Assembly: GCA_023205875.1 (NCBI GenBank)
Contig: CP060754.1
Coordinates: forward strand, 868,001-932,000
Origin: Chloropicon primus
Lineage: Eukaryota
Direction: 5' to 3'
DNA: 64,000 nucleotides
Translations under genes and position numbers: made by a program
In this document: positions 33,739 through 43,867 of the stretch, in pieces
How positions within the stretch are numbered: the stretch's first letter is position 1
How the letters are laid out: the number at the start of each line of letters is the position of its first letter
Notes under the pieces: generated by a model
Databases searched by the model: none
Told to the model about the DNA's origin: nothing
The model's input: only the letters and a program-made list of their open reading frames with translations

Positions 33739-33848
33739 AGCAGAAGGAAACGTTTTGTACGCAGAGCTGTAAACTAGTCCTCGTGTGACCTGTAACGATA
33801 GATGAAACAATAAATACAAATACCACACGCGCGCGCCTCCTCGCTCGT

Positions 33849-34694
33849 TTACTTGAAGCGAATGCTGCCCCCCACCCCGCTGAAGTGCGACTTGAGCGCC
33901 TTTGGATTCGCCCAGGCCGAGTTGGTGTAGTCGTCCTCGTCGTCGGCGACCAGATTCTTCTGCTCCTCCTGCTTCTTGTGGTAGTAGGAAAGCATCGCTT
34001 TTTGGGTCTCGGCGTCCACGGCCGGTTCCCTCTGCGGCGCCCCCGAGCCCTTCTTCTGCAGCTTTCCGACGATCTTCGTCTTCTCGTTCTTTCCTATGTG
34101 GTCCTTGAGCTTCTTTCCCGGCAGCATCTGCTTGCCGGCCCACCACAGCTGCGAGGTCTCGGGGTCGAGGTGCTCCGTCGCCCACTGCGTCCCCGAGAGG
34201 TCCTCGTTGTCCTCCAAGCTCAGCCTCACGTTGTCCCACTCCGGGAGGCCCATGGGGTAGCAGATCATCACCGCCCCTCGAATCTCGTCCACCTTGTCCA
34301 TCAGCATCTTCTTCGTCAGGTAGACCTTCTGGGCCACCTGGTTCTTGCTGATAGCGGCCTCGGCGTCCGCGAGGGTCTTCAGAAGGGTCTCCGCCACCTT
34401 GGGGTCGCACCTGTTTCCGGTCCTCCTCCCCGTCGGGTCCACGTTGTAGTGCTCCTGCTTCTCCACCTTGCCATACCCGAAGTTCTCCTGGTACTCGTCC
34501 AGGCTCTGCTTCTCCGGGTGCTTCGCCACGCCGTGCTTGGCGAGCTCCTCTCCCTCCAGCTTCAGCCTCTGGATCCTAAGCCTGGTGTTCTGTATCTCGC
34601 ATAGCTCCCTCACGCACGCCGTCACATCCTCCTCCACCGTCGTCTCGTACAAGAACTGGTGCTCCTCGGACCTCTTCACGTGTATCACCACCAT
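33849..34694 (-). CDS. CFAP298: Cilia- and flagella-associated protein 298 (C21orf59/FBB18)
   Basis: MVVIHVKRSEEHQFLYET, DPTGRRTG, IRGAVMICYPMGLP, LWWAGKQM, GKNEKTKIVGKLQKKGSGAPQREP and SAWANPKALK. Confidence 0.92.
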   Translation of the reverse strand: MVVIHVKRSEEHQFLYETTVEEDVTACVRELCEIQNTRLRIQRLKLEGEELAKHGVAKHPEKQSLDEYQENFGYGKVEKQEHYNVDPTGRRTGNRCDPKVAETLLKTLADAEAAISKNQVAQKVYLTKKMLMDKVDEIRGAVMICYPMGLPEWDNVRLSLEDNEDLSGTQWATEHLDPETSQLWWAGKQMLPGKKLKDHIGKNEKTKIVGKLQKKGSGAPQREPAVDAETQKAMLSYYHKKQEEQKNLVADDEDDYTNSAWANPKALKSHFSGVGGSIRFK

Positions 34695-34906
34695 ACCCTC
34701 TTCCTCTCTTCCAAAAAAACCAACAACACCCTTCCCACGCACCCCCTCCACCCCCTCCGGCCCTTCAAAAAATGAAAAAGTTTCCCGCTCTCTCCCGGGG
34801 ATCTCTCGCGCGCGGCGGGAGATCTTGGTCAGCGGGCCAGGACGAGGGCGAGGGTTGAAGTGCGTTGCGAGCGGGGGGACCACCAGGAGGGTTGCGTTGG
34901 AGGAGG

Positions 34907-36106
34907 ATGAAGGGAGGGAGGTCGTTGCTGGAGGGTGGCTTTGGGAGGGGTCGCTTGAGTCACAGGCGGGGAGGAAACCTGGCGTGCTCTTGCCAAGAAG
35001 GCCGGGGCGGAGAAGAGGGGAGAAGGAAACGGGTGCAACAACGAAGCATCGACAAGTTGTGGGAAGATGTGGGGCGGGTCGGGAAGAAAGGCGTCTCTGC
35101 GGCGTTCGCCGCCATCGTTGCCCTGAATGTGTCGACGGGAGCCCCGGCCCTCGGCGGTTCGGCTCTGGCGGAGACTCGCCAGGACACGAGCGTCGTGGGC
35201 ACTTCCACGGTAAGGGTCGCGGACGACGTCAAGGGGCCCGCCTCCATCGTGAAGGACTGCAGGACCGACAGCCCGGACCTGCAGACGGTGTATTGGATCT
35301 CCTCGAGGTCCGTGGGTCAGAACCCCACGCTGTACGCGGTGGACAAGGACGGGAAGCTCATAGGAACGGACTACGAGGTGCAGACGAGGAACGTGGGGCA
35401 GGAGGAGATCGTCTTTGTGCACAGGCTGAGGAAGAACAAGATGGAGGACTTCATCGTGCTGGCCGATACGAGCAACAAGTTTAAGAACAGGAACGAGCTC
35501 AAGGTGTACGAGATCGCGCCGGGGGTCCCAGCCGGCGCGGACGACAACCACGCCATCGACGTGGAGAGGGAGATCGCGTTCGAGTTCCCCGCACCGGCGC
35601 CGAGCGCGGAGGCCGAGAAGTCGAGCTCCTACACGATTCCAGTCGGCCCGACGCCGGAGGTGGACATCCAGTACCCCCAGGAGGATTACGACACTGCCGC
35701 GATCATAGTGATAGACGACACGCTGTGGGCCTTCAGCAAAAGGAGCCTCGGGTCGTCCACCGCCCTTTACAGGCTCCCCTTGGACACCATAAGCCCCTAC
35801 GTGCGGTCCGACGATAAGAAGACGCACACCCTCGAGTTCGTGCAGGAGTTCAGCAGCGGGGCACCGGCCTGCGGCGCGGACGTCTCGACGGACGGCAAGC
35901 GCTTGGCGCTCATGACGAGGGAGACGATTTTCCTGTTTGACTTGACGACCGAGGCAGCGGCCAAGAACCCGATCGCGAACCTCACGGGAAGGTTCTCCGT
36001 GCCCAAGTCCGAGGGTGCCGCCGTTGGGATCACCTGGGACGACGCCAAGACTATGATTGTGCTCACGGACAAGAACGAGATGACAAAAATTTCGCTCTCG
36101 GCCTGA
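34907..36106 (+). CDS. Putative thylakoid-lumen beta-propeller protein of bacterial type
   Basis: Bipartite presequence ending SALA; repeated blades PTLYAVDKDGKLIG, ADTSNK..NRNELKVYEI, TALYRLP and GADVSTDGKRLALMT. Confidence 0.65.
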   Translation: MKGGRSLLEGGFGRGRLSHRRGGNLACSCQEGRGGEEGRRKRVQQRSIDKLWEDVGRVGKKGVSAAFAAIVALNVSTGAPALGGSALAETRQDTSVVGTSTVRVADDVKGPASIVKDCRTDSPDLQTVYWISSRSVGQNPTLYAVDKDGKLIGTDYEVQTRNVGQEEIVFVHRLRKNKMEDFIVLADTSNKFKNRNELKVYEIAPGVPAGADDNHAIDVEREIAFEFPAPAPSAEAEKSSSYTIPVGPTPEVDIQYPQEDYDTAAIIVIDDTLWAFSKRSLGSSTALYRLPLDTISPYVRSDDKKTHTLEFVQEFSSGAPACGADVSTDGKRLALMTRETIFLFDLTTEAAAKNPIANLTGRFSVPKSEGAAVGITWDDAKTMIVLTDKNEMTKISLSA

Positions 36107-36181
36107 ACCTTGAGAACCATGTAAGCAGCATAGTCGTTGTTGCTTCTGTCCAACAAAAAAGCTACAAAATACAAAAGTAGT

Positions 36182-37054
36182 TTACAAGAGTTTCTCCTTT
36201 GGAAACTTGGAACTCGAGATGATCCCGGAGAGCAGGGAAGTCTCCTGCCGCCTCACCGATCCCATCTCCTCAGCACGCTTGAAGTTGTGCTCCCAGTCCC
36301 GGTCGGCTTGAAATTCCCTCATAGCCTGCTTCATCTCGTAGCCGCAGGACTCAAGATAATACCTTGCCTCGCAGTCGTCAATCTTCAGGCTTTTCGCCAT
36401 CAGGTTCTGCAGAAACTCTGCCCGCCTCCCGTCCACCCTGTCGCCTGCGCCTGCCCGGCGCTCCCCAAGCCTCCCTCCTGTGTTGTCCTCCCCCTCGTTC
36501 CCCCCGCGCAGAACGACGCAGAAGTCCTTGAGACAGTCCTGCGAGTACACGATCTCGGCCTGGGAGCCCAGCAAGTCGTCCTCGGACTGCACAGGAACGT
36601 ACAGCTCTTTCCTGCAGTACATTGAACCATCGCTCGAGAGGTTGTTGGTCTGCAAGTAGAGACAAGTAAAGTTGCTGTCAGCAGCGAGGCGCGCGCGAGA
36701 GAGCTTGAGAGAGAGCTTAAGAGAGAGCTTGAGAGAGAAACTTACCTGCTTCAAGAGGCTCACGCTCACCTTGTACCTCACGGCGATCGACGCGAGGGTG
36801 TCCGACCTGGCCAGGCGGTGCAGTCGAACAAACGAAGAAAGCCTCGCGCTCTCGTAAAACTTTACATCCTCCCGCCTTGCGGACCCTGCCAAACCTTTCA
36901 ATCCCCAGCGAAACTTGAACCTTTCTCGCAACAGAGCCGAGTCGCTTAGTGAGGACTGCCACGCCTTGCACACCACCTTGGCGCGGCACAGGTCCCTCCA
37001 CTCCAGGTAGCTGAACACCCTCGCCAAAACAAGGGGCTGGCCGAGGACCTCCAT
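36182..37054 (-). CDS. F-box/LysM protein with C-terminal UBA-like helices; intron 36745-36650
   Basis: F-box LARVFSYLEWRDLCRAKVVCKAW; LysM HRLARSDTLASIAVRYKV..KQ|TNNL..KELYVP; EARYYLESCGYEMKQAMREF. Confidence 0.85.
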   Translation of the reverse strand: MEVLGQPLVLARVFSYLEWRDLCRAKVVCKAWQSSLSDSALLRERFKFRWGLKGLAGSARREDVKFYESARLSSFVRLHRLARSDTLASIAVRYKVSVSLLKQVSFSLKLSLKLSLKLSRARLAADSNFTCLYLQTNNLSSDGSMYCRKELYVPVQSEDDLLGSQAEIVYSQDCLKDFCVVLRGGNEGEDNTGGRLGERRAGAGDRVDGRRAEFLQNLMAKSLKIDDCEARYYLESCGYEMKQAMREFQADRDWEHNFKRAEEMGSVRRQETSLLSGIISSSKFPKEKLL

Positions 37055-37101
37055 GTTTTATCTTCACCATTGGCTTTAGCCCTGTGCGAGTTTTGCGCGC
37101 C

Positions 37102-38367
37102 ATGGAGGACGAGGAAGTGGAGGACTTCGCGGACGAGTGGCGGAAGGCGAAGGGGTTCGAGGGTGTAGAGGTGCTAGAGGAAGCCCTGCGTTGTCCGATA
37201 TGCGGAGACTTCATGGAGAACCCAGTGGCAGTGGAGGAGTGCGGCCACTCGTTCTGCTCCCTTTGCATACGGAGGAACCTGGAGGTGCAGCGCTCCGAGT
37301 CGAGGAGTCTGGAGAGCCCCAAGTGTCCGCAGTGCCGGGGGGAGGCGTCGAGCTCGACGCTCCGCATGCAGCACAACTTGAGGACGGTGGTGGAGACCTT
37401 CAAGGCCCTGCGGCCGAGGCTGTTTCGGCAGCTGAGTTGTTGCCAGCCACCCCCGAGTGCCGGGAAACCTGATCCACCTCCTTCCTGCGAAGAGCAGCGG
37501 CGGGAGGACCAACTGCAAGCCGGGGCGAGGAGGAGGGCAAGGGCAGCGTCCCCGGCGGGGTCGGGGAGGGCACCCGGTGCCGAGGTGTGGGAAGAGAAGC
37601 TTCCCAAGGGAAAGACTCGGTGTCCCATCTGTAACATCCTCGTCTCCATGAAGCTGGCCCAGACCCACGTCACGTATTGCTTGCAAAAGCACGAGAAGGG
37701 TGGGGGGCAATCTAGCGGCGGCGGAGCCATTGCCAGAAGCCCCCCGCCTTTCTCGCCGGGCGGTGTTGGCTCCCTGCCCAACAAGATCCAGCCGAGGAAG
37801 CTGCCGAAGCTCGTGTACCATATTATCAAAGACAAGGAGTTGAAGAAATTGCTCCAAAAGTACAAGCTTCCCGCTTCGGGGGACAGGAAGACGCTGGTCA
37901 CCCGGCTGAAGGAGTTCACTCACCAGTACAACGCGGCCGTGGACAGCGGCAAGCCTGTGAGCATGACCCAGGTGGCCAGCCTGGTCCTGAAGGAGGAAAG
38001 GAAGAGGGCGAGCGCCGAGTCCAGGAGGATCTCCCTGCCCTCGAGGGTGGAGCCAGATGCCGAGAAGGAGAGGTTCGCCTCCATGATCCAGGAGGTCAAG
38101 AGGCGGAGGCTGCTGGAGAAAGACCAGGATGACGACGCGGCGCCGCAGTGCCAAGTCGTGAACTTGGAGGAGGAGGAAGGCCCCGCCCAGCCCCCTCCCA
38201 ACAAGGCCAACGAGCTCGTCGTGCCGGAGACCTTGTTCGAGACACCCTCCGTGACCAGCGGGAGTGAGGTCGACGACAGCCAGGATGATTTCGTCATCCC
38301 CTCCCAACTTCACCGCAAGGCCCTGAGGCGACGGTGGTCTCAGAGGATCAAAAACAGCCAGAACTAG
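37102..38367 (+). CDS. RAD18: E3 ubiquitin ligase RAD18
   Basis: RING LRCPIC..CGHSFCSLCIRR..CPQCR; UBZ CPIC..HVTYCL; LPKLVY followed by SAP domain and YNA. Confidence 0.88.
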   Translation: MEDEEVEDFADEWRKAKGFEGVEVLEEALRCPICGDFMENPVAVEECGHSFCSLCIRRNLEVQRSESRSLESPKCPQCRGEASSSTLRMQHNLRTVVETFKALRPRLFRQLSCCQPPPSAGKPDPPPSCEEQRREDQLQAGARRRARAASPAGSGRAPGAEVWEEKLPKGKTRCPICNILVSMKLAQTHVTYCLQKHEKGGGQSSGGGAIARSPPPFSPGGVGSLPNKIQPRKLPKLVYHIIKDKELKKLLQKYKLPASGDRKTLVTRLKEFTHQYNAAVDSGKPVSMTQVASLVLKEERKRASAESRRISLPSRVEPDAEKERFASMIQEVKRRRLLEKDQDDDAAPQCQVVNLEEEEGPAQPPPNKANELVVPETLFETPSVTSGSEVDDSQDDFVIPSQLHRKALRRRWSQRIKNSQN

Positions 38368-38656
38368 ATTAAAATTCATCGAGACCCTGCTAGTTCTTTG
38401 TGTGTATTTTATATTGCATGACATGGAATCCTCGTGCTCGGTTCATTCTTTGGTGCTCTCCCTGCATTCCATGCCAGCCTCTTTCGTCCGCTCCCTTGTA
38501 CCCCTACTGGAGGGCCGCTCCCCGCCTCCAATGCTCAATCCTCAAATCTCCTATAATCGGCGGCTGGCTCTCGTGGAGAGCGAGAGCGAGAGAGAATCAA
38601 AGGAAGACGCCGCGCGCGCGCGCTAGACGAGAAGAGAGTGACCGCAGTGCGGAGAT

Positions 38657-40927
38657 ATGGACAAATTGGAGTTCGCTTTCCCACCCGGCGCGGCCCCGAC
38701 GTTCCCCTCGTGGAGGCTTAGCGTCCTGAAGGCGCTTGCGGGGGCTGCTGGAGTGCCCTTGGTGAAAATCACGAACGAGAACGCTTTCGCGGGAGCCCTC
38801 CCTAGGAAGTGCAAGACCCCCGCGATAAAGGCGACGGATTCGCCTTCGACGTGGATATCCGAGTTCGGGGCGGTATGTCGCCACCTGGGAATCTTCCTCG
38901 ACACGGATCTCTACCCGAGTTTCCACAACCTCCCCTTCTCGAACGAGAGGGCAACTCAGATCGACCAGTGGATAGATTACTCCGTGAACAACTTGGACAA
39001 CAATTACGCCCTTCCGCTCGTGGGCCAGCTCACCAAGGGCTACGATAGCGCGGCGTTCGACGACCTGGTCAAGGGAGTGAGGGCGGAGCTCTCCCTGTTG
39101 GAGCTTCACCTCAAGTCCAGGACCTGGCTGGCGGGCAATGCAATGACCCTCGCGGACGTGGTGGCCGCGTCGACCGTCAAGTACCTGTTCGAGCACGTCT
39201 TGGAGGGCGGGAAGAGAAAGTCCCTCCCCTCGATCACGAGGTGGTTCGAGACGTGCCTCTCTCAGCCGTTCATGGAGCAGGCCCTCGGCAAGATCGCGTA
39301 CTGCACCAAAGTGAAAGTGCCCCAAGCCAAGACGAAGGGCGGCAAGCCAAAGGCGGATGGCAAGCAGAAGCAGAAGGGCAAGGGGGGAGGGAAGCCAGCC
39401 AAGCAAGCAAAGGGGAAGGGGGCGGACAAGGGAGGAAAGGGGAAGAAGAAGGAGACTCAGCTTGGGCTGGATGCACAGAAGTTTGAGGAGTTCGGCGACT
39501 GGTACTCGGAGGTGTGCACCAAGAGCGAAATGATCAGTTACTACGAGATTTCTGGCTGCTACATCCTGAGGCCTTGGGCCTATAGCATCTGGGACACGAT
39601 CCACCAGTGGTTCGATGGGGAGATCAAGTCTCTTGGAGTCCAGAACTGTTACTTTCCCCTCTTCGTCACGGAGAACGTTTTGAACAAGGAGAAGGACCAT
39701 GTGGAAGACTTTGCTCCTGAGGTCGCTTGGGTCACGAAGTCTGGCCAGACGGACCTTGACGTGCCCATCGCGATCCGCCCAACCAGCGAGACTGTGATGT
39801 ACCCCTTTTATGCCAACTGGATTAGAAGCCACAGGGACTTGCCCCTGCGCCTGAACCAGTGGTGCAACGTGATCCGCTGGGAGTTCAAGCACCCCACGCC
39901 ATTCATCAGGAGCAGGGAGTTCTTGTGGCAAGAGGGCCACACGGCGTTTGCGCAGAAGGAAGAGGCCGACGCCGAGGTCCTCGACATCCTTGACTTGTAC
40001 TCCAAGGTGTACGAGGAGCTCCTGGCTGTTCCTGTCATGAAGGGCCGCAAGTCGGAGAAAGAGAAGTTCGCCGGTGCCCTGTACACCACAACTGTGGAGG
40101 CCTTCGTTCCGGCGACAGGAAAGGGCGTGCAAGGGGCTACCTCTCATTGCCTCGGGCAAAACTTCTCCAAAATGTTTGACATCGAGTTCGAGAAAGAAGA
40201 CAGGAAGAAGGACCACGTGTGGCAAAACTCGTGGGGGATCACCACAAGGACCATCGGCGTGATGATTATGGTGCACGGTGATAACAAGGGCCTTGTTCTC
40301 CCCCCCCGCGTGGCTCCGGTCCAGGTCGTGGTCATCCCCATCCCCAAGGCGAACATGACCGAGGAGCAGAAGAAGAAGATGCAGGAAGCGTCCTCAAACC
40401 TCTACGATTCGCTCAAGGCTGCAGGTGTCAGGGTAAAGATGGACGACCGGGAAAACTACACCCCTGGTTGGAAGTACAGCCACTGGGAGCTCAAGGGCAT
40501 TCCCCTCCGGTGCGAGATCGGTCCAAAGGACCTCGACAAGGAGCAGGCAGTGCTGGCGCGGAGAGACACGGGGAAGAAGGACTTTGTGCCCTGGGCTGAT
40601 TGCGTGGAGACGACCAAGAAGTTGCTTGCGGACATTCAGAAGGACATGCTCGAGAGTGCCCGTGCCGAGTTCAACGAGTCGATCGTCAGAGTGACCAACT
40701 GGGACGGCTTTGTCCCGGCCCTGGACGCGAAGAAGATGATCTTGGCCCCTTGGTGCGAGGAAGTTGCCGTTGAGGAGGACGTCAAGACCCGAAGCGCCTC
40801 CGAGGAGGGTGCGGGAGCGAAGACGCTGTGCATCCCATTCGATCAGCCGGAGCTCCCTACTGGCACAAAGTGCTTCGCCAGCGGGAAGCCCGCGAAGAGC
40901 TGGGCCCTTTGGGGTCGCTCCTATTAA
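38657..40927 (+). CDS. PARS: Cytosolic prolyl-tRNA synthetase with N-terminal GST-like (eEF1B-gamma-like) domain
   Basis: FGDWYSEV, SGCYILRPW, AIRPTSET, RLNQWCNV, REFLWQEGHT, QGATSHCLGQNF, GAKTLCIP and terminal WGRSY; GST-like first 220 aa or so. Confidence 0.95.
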   Translation: MDKLEFAFPPGAAPTFPSWRLSVLKALAGAAGVPLVKITNENAFAGALPRKCKTPAIKATDSPSTWISEFGAVCRHLGIFLDTDLYPSFHNLPFSNERATQIDQWIDYSVNNLDNNYALPLVGQLTKGYDSAAFDDLVKGVRAELSLLELHLKSRTWLAGNAMTLADVVAASTVKYLFEHVLEGGKRKSLPSITRWFETCLSQPFMEQALGKIAYCTKVKVPQAKTKGGKPKADGKQKQKGKGGGKPAKQAKGKGADKGGKGKKKETQLGLDAQKFEEFGDWYSEVCTKSEMISYYEISGCYILRPWAYSIWDTIHQWFDGEIKSLGVQNCYFPLFVTENVLNKEKDHVEDFAPEVAWVTKSGQTDLDVPIAIRPTSETVMYPFYANWIRSHRDLPLRLNQWCNVIRWEFKHPTPFIRSREFLWQEGHTAFAQKEEADAEVLDILDLYSKVYEELLAVPVMKGRKSEKEKFAGALYTTTVEAFVPATGKGVQGATSHCLGQNFSKMFDIEFEKEDRKKDHVWQNSWGITTRTIGVMIMVHGDNKGLVLPPRVAPVQVVVIPIPKANMTEEQKKKMQEASSNLYDSLKAAGVRVKMDDRENYTPGWKYSHWELKGIPLRCEIGPKDLDKEQAVLARRDTGKKDFVPWADCVETTKKLLADIQKDMLESARAEFNESIVRVTNWDGFVPALDAKKMILAPWCEEVAVEEDVKTRSASEEGAGAKTLCIPFDQPELPTGTKCFASGKPAKSWALWGRSY

Positions 40928-41125
40928 AATTGTAGACATATAACGTTATTTTTGAGCCAACCCACCCTGAACTCAGCAACCTCTCGCCCACAGTCTCAGG
41001 TCGATCACTCGCAGAATTAAATTTTTTTTTTGGTTGACCAAGTTTCGTTGGCTTGAGCTTGGAGGAGAGGACCAAGGGGGGCAGAAAGACGACGGAGGGC
41101 GACACCGAGACGCCAAGACAGAAAG

Positions 41126-41782
41126 ATGAGCGCACCCGCGGGCGAGAAGCCGGCTCACATCGTGAAGGTCATTGAGAGCCAAATGGATGCAGAGAGACAG
41201 AATGCTGCCATTGAGGTAAGGCCCAAAGAAACACGAGAAGAGGGGTGGGGGAGTGCTCGGGAGGGGGAGGGGTCGAGAGCGAGGGAAAGTGACCCCTTCC
41301 CTCCGTGTCCGACCCGAAATTCGTGGACGGGGTGCTCGCAAGAGTCGCACTCTCGAAGCCCAAGCGAGATGCACGCGCAAAGATTCTAACTTTGGCTTCA
41401 AATTGGTTTAGGTCTGCATTGCTGCTGTGGAGAACAAGACCGTTATTCGTGAGATAGCTGCCTACGTCAAGAAGGAGTACGACAAGCGATACCCCAGCAA
41501 TGGAAAGGCGACCGACGGAGTGTACCACTGCGTGTGCGGGACTCACTTTGCCTGTAAGTTACTCGGTCTCTCTCCAAAGTGTAGTGAGAGAAAGCCGCTC
41601 TTAGGCTTGGAGCTCGTTCCTGACACCCAGACCTTTCCTCGACTTCCTTTGCGCTTGCCTTTCCGCCAGCGGCCGTGAGTCACGAGTGCCACGGCTATGT
41701 TCACATCAAGGTGGACCAGCTCCACATGATCATCTTCAAGTCCAGGGACAGTCCGTTCGACGGAGAGGCCGAGTCCATCTAG
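41126..41782 (+). CDS. LC8-family dynein light chain resembling outer-arm LC6; exons 41126-41215, 41412-41553, 41670-41782
   Basis: Spliced product has IAAYVKKEYDKRYPSNGKATDGVYHCVCGTHFASAVSHE..IIFKSRDSPF. The GKATxGVYHC insert and KSxDSPF end match my recollection of Chlamydomonas LC6. Confidence 0.8.
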
Positions 41783-41993
41783 AGAAGAGGGATTGCGCGC
41801 GATGGTGGGACTCTGAACCAGGGAGGCGAAGAAAAGTTTGCGCCCTGACTGTTCTCTTGCGGGGTCATTCGGAGCTCGATCGGCGAATACCTGACCCGAC
41901 TCTGGGTGGAAGAGGGTAACAAAAAATCAAACTAATTGTACAGTAAGGCATCGCACACACACACACACACACACGCAATGTCAAAATTTTATG

Positions 41994-43535
41994 CTACAAC
42001 TTTCTCAGGAGAGTTCTCCCACCAGCGTTCCTGGTCTTGGCGAGGGCGAGCCCCCTGCAGGCCGCTCCCTTGACCTCCCTCCTCTTGACGCTCCCTTGCT
42101 CTCTCCTCGGTGGGTGCGGCAGCGCGGGCTGCGCTGCCGACCGCTGCCTTGGGGTTGGCAACGCCCTCTGCAAGTTCTGTACCAGGCACTCGAGGGTGAA
42201 GTCGTGGGGTATCGAGACTGCTCCAGTGTCCCACACCTCGTACTCGTCGTCAATCGCGAGGAAAATTCCCCTCAGGTCGACGTTGCTCAGGATGAACTCA
42301 GAGTTCTCCACCAGCCTCTCGCAGGCGCTCCTCCAGCTGTCCCCTTGCGAGCTCACCCGAATGACTTGCCTCGCTTTCAGCGCCCTCTGCACCCTTGTCA
42401 GCTCCCTGGACTCCTCCTTCCTGGTTTCTGCGACCTCTTCCACCTTCTTGTTGAACGCCTCGGCCTCGCCGGAGCTCAGCCACGCCACCAGGGCGCCGGG
42501 AGGGCAGTCGTACCGCACTTGGACCATCGTCCCGTTGGCCTCCACGTAACCAAGGGAGGTGTCGCTGTGGACGAGGATCGTGAACCGGAACTTGTGCTGT
42601 CCCTCCGATTCTCCCAGGGCGAGCTCGAACGCTCTCTTTGCCCTGATAATCTTGCCTGCCCACAGCACCGCGTCCTCCACGCTGGACGTGGTGACCCCGC
42701 CGTCCCCGCTGTACACAAAGTCGCCCACGATGGCCTTCACCCCGAGAATGGACTTGGCCGCGGGGATCAGCGCGTCGATTCTCGACCTCCAGTACGCGTT
42801 CAGCTTGCTCAAGGTGCTCAGGAGCTTCTTGTCGATCTTCCTGAGCTGCGACTTCAGCGTGCGGTTGACGACCAAGTGTATCTCCCTGCCCTGGACCGCG
42901 GAGAACCCCCGGCTCCTTTCCCTGTGCAGCACGATCCTCTGGTTCGCGAACGTGAGCCGGCTCTCGGCGTTCAGGCTCTCCAGCGCCTCCGAAAACGTGT
43001 CCAGCGCGCTCGCCTGCCACACGGCGTTGGAGCAGGACGTCCTCACCACGTCCTGGAAGCGAAGGTCCTCGAACCTGTACCTCTCCACGATGTCTTCCCT
43101 CCGCCTCGTCGCCGCCCCGGACAGCGAGCGGAACCTCTCCGAGACCGCGACCGCCTCGCCAACCTTGGCCCGCAGGTACTCCAAAAAGTCCTGCGACCCC
43201 CCATCCCGGAACCTCTCCCCCGAGTGCTCCACATCGAACGCCTCGAAGAGGTCCAGGAGGGAGTCCCGCCCCGTGAGCTCCACCTTAACCTTCGAGAACG
43301 CTCCCTCGGTCGCCTCGGCCGGGACCCCGTCCTCCTCCTTGAGGGTCCAGAACTGCAAGGGAACGCTCCTCACCACCTGAGTGGTGTCCCCGGTCGCGTA
43401 CCCTTCCAAGAAGGCGTTCAACTCCTTCAGGGAGTCCGAATTCACCGCCTGGTGCTCCGGAAATTGCATGAACTTGTCCGGGTGGATCTTCCTCACCACC
43501 GCACGGATGCAACGCTTGCTCTCCTGGTCCAACAT
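41994..43535 (-). CDS. DUF4460/TCAIM-like protein; start uncertain
   Basis: N-terminal VRKIHPDKFMQFPEHQAVNSDSLKELNAFL; C-terminal TGAVSIPHDF. Confidence 0.7.
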   Translation of the reverse strand: MLDQESKRCIRAVVRKIHPDKFMQFPEHQAVNSDSLKELNAFLEGYATGDTTQVVRSVPLQFWTLKEEDGVPAEATEGAFSKVKVELTGRDSLLDLFEAFDVEHSGERFRDGGSQDFLEYLRAKVGEAVAVSERFRSLSGAATRRREDIVERYRFEDLRFQDVVRTSCSNAVWQASALDTFSEALESLNAESRLTFANQRIVLHRERSRGFSAVQGREIHLVVNRTLKSQLRKIDKKLLSTLSKLNAYWRSRIDALIPAAKSILGVKAIVGDFVYSGDGGVTTSSVEDAVLWAGKIIRAKRAFELALGESEGQHKFRFTILVHSDTSLGYVEANGTMVQVRYDCPPGALVAWLSSGEAEAFNKKVEEVAETRKEESRELTRVQRALKARQVIRVSSQGDSWRSACERLVENSEFILSNVDLRGIFLAIDDEYEVWDTGAVSIPHDFTLECLVQNLQRALPTPRQRSAAQPALPHPPRREQGSVKRREVKGAACRGLALAKTRNAGGRTLLRKL

Positions 43536-43867
43536 CCTCGCCACTCCCCTCCTCCCGCCCTTCCAAGGAGACAGACAGGAACGCGTCGCTCTCCACCTCA
43601 GAATATTTGATCGATTCAGATTTTTTTTTGGCGCGAGACGAGGCCGAGAGAGAGACAGAAGACAGAAGGTTGGCTTGGGCTTGGGCTTGGCTTGGCTTCT
43701 TCCTTCCCGTGCTCGAGCAGGAAGGGAGGGGAGGGCGTGAGACGTGCGGTGTGGATCCTCGTGGACGGACCCCACTTCACGAGAAGAAGGGGCGTTCGTC
43801 GACTCGTGAGGTGAACGGAAGCGGTGGGGTGCTCTGTCTGTCCAGCAGCAGACTCGGACAGGGACGA

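Noticed and set aside
38423..38474. CATGGAAT/ATTCCATG inverted repeat between RAD18 and ProRS
   Set aside because: A single 8-bp stem with no box motifs or other support; compatible with chance.
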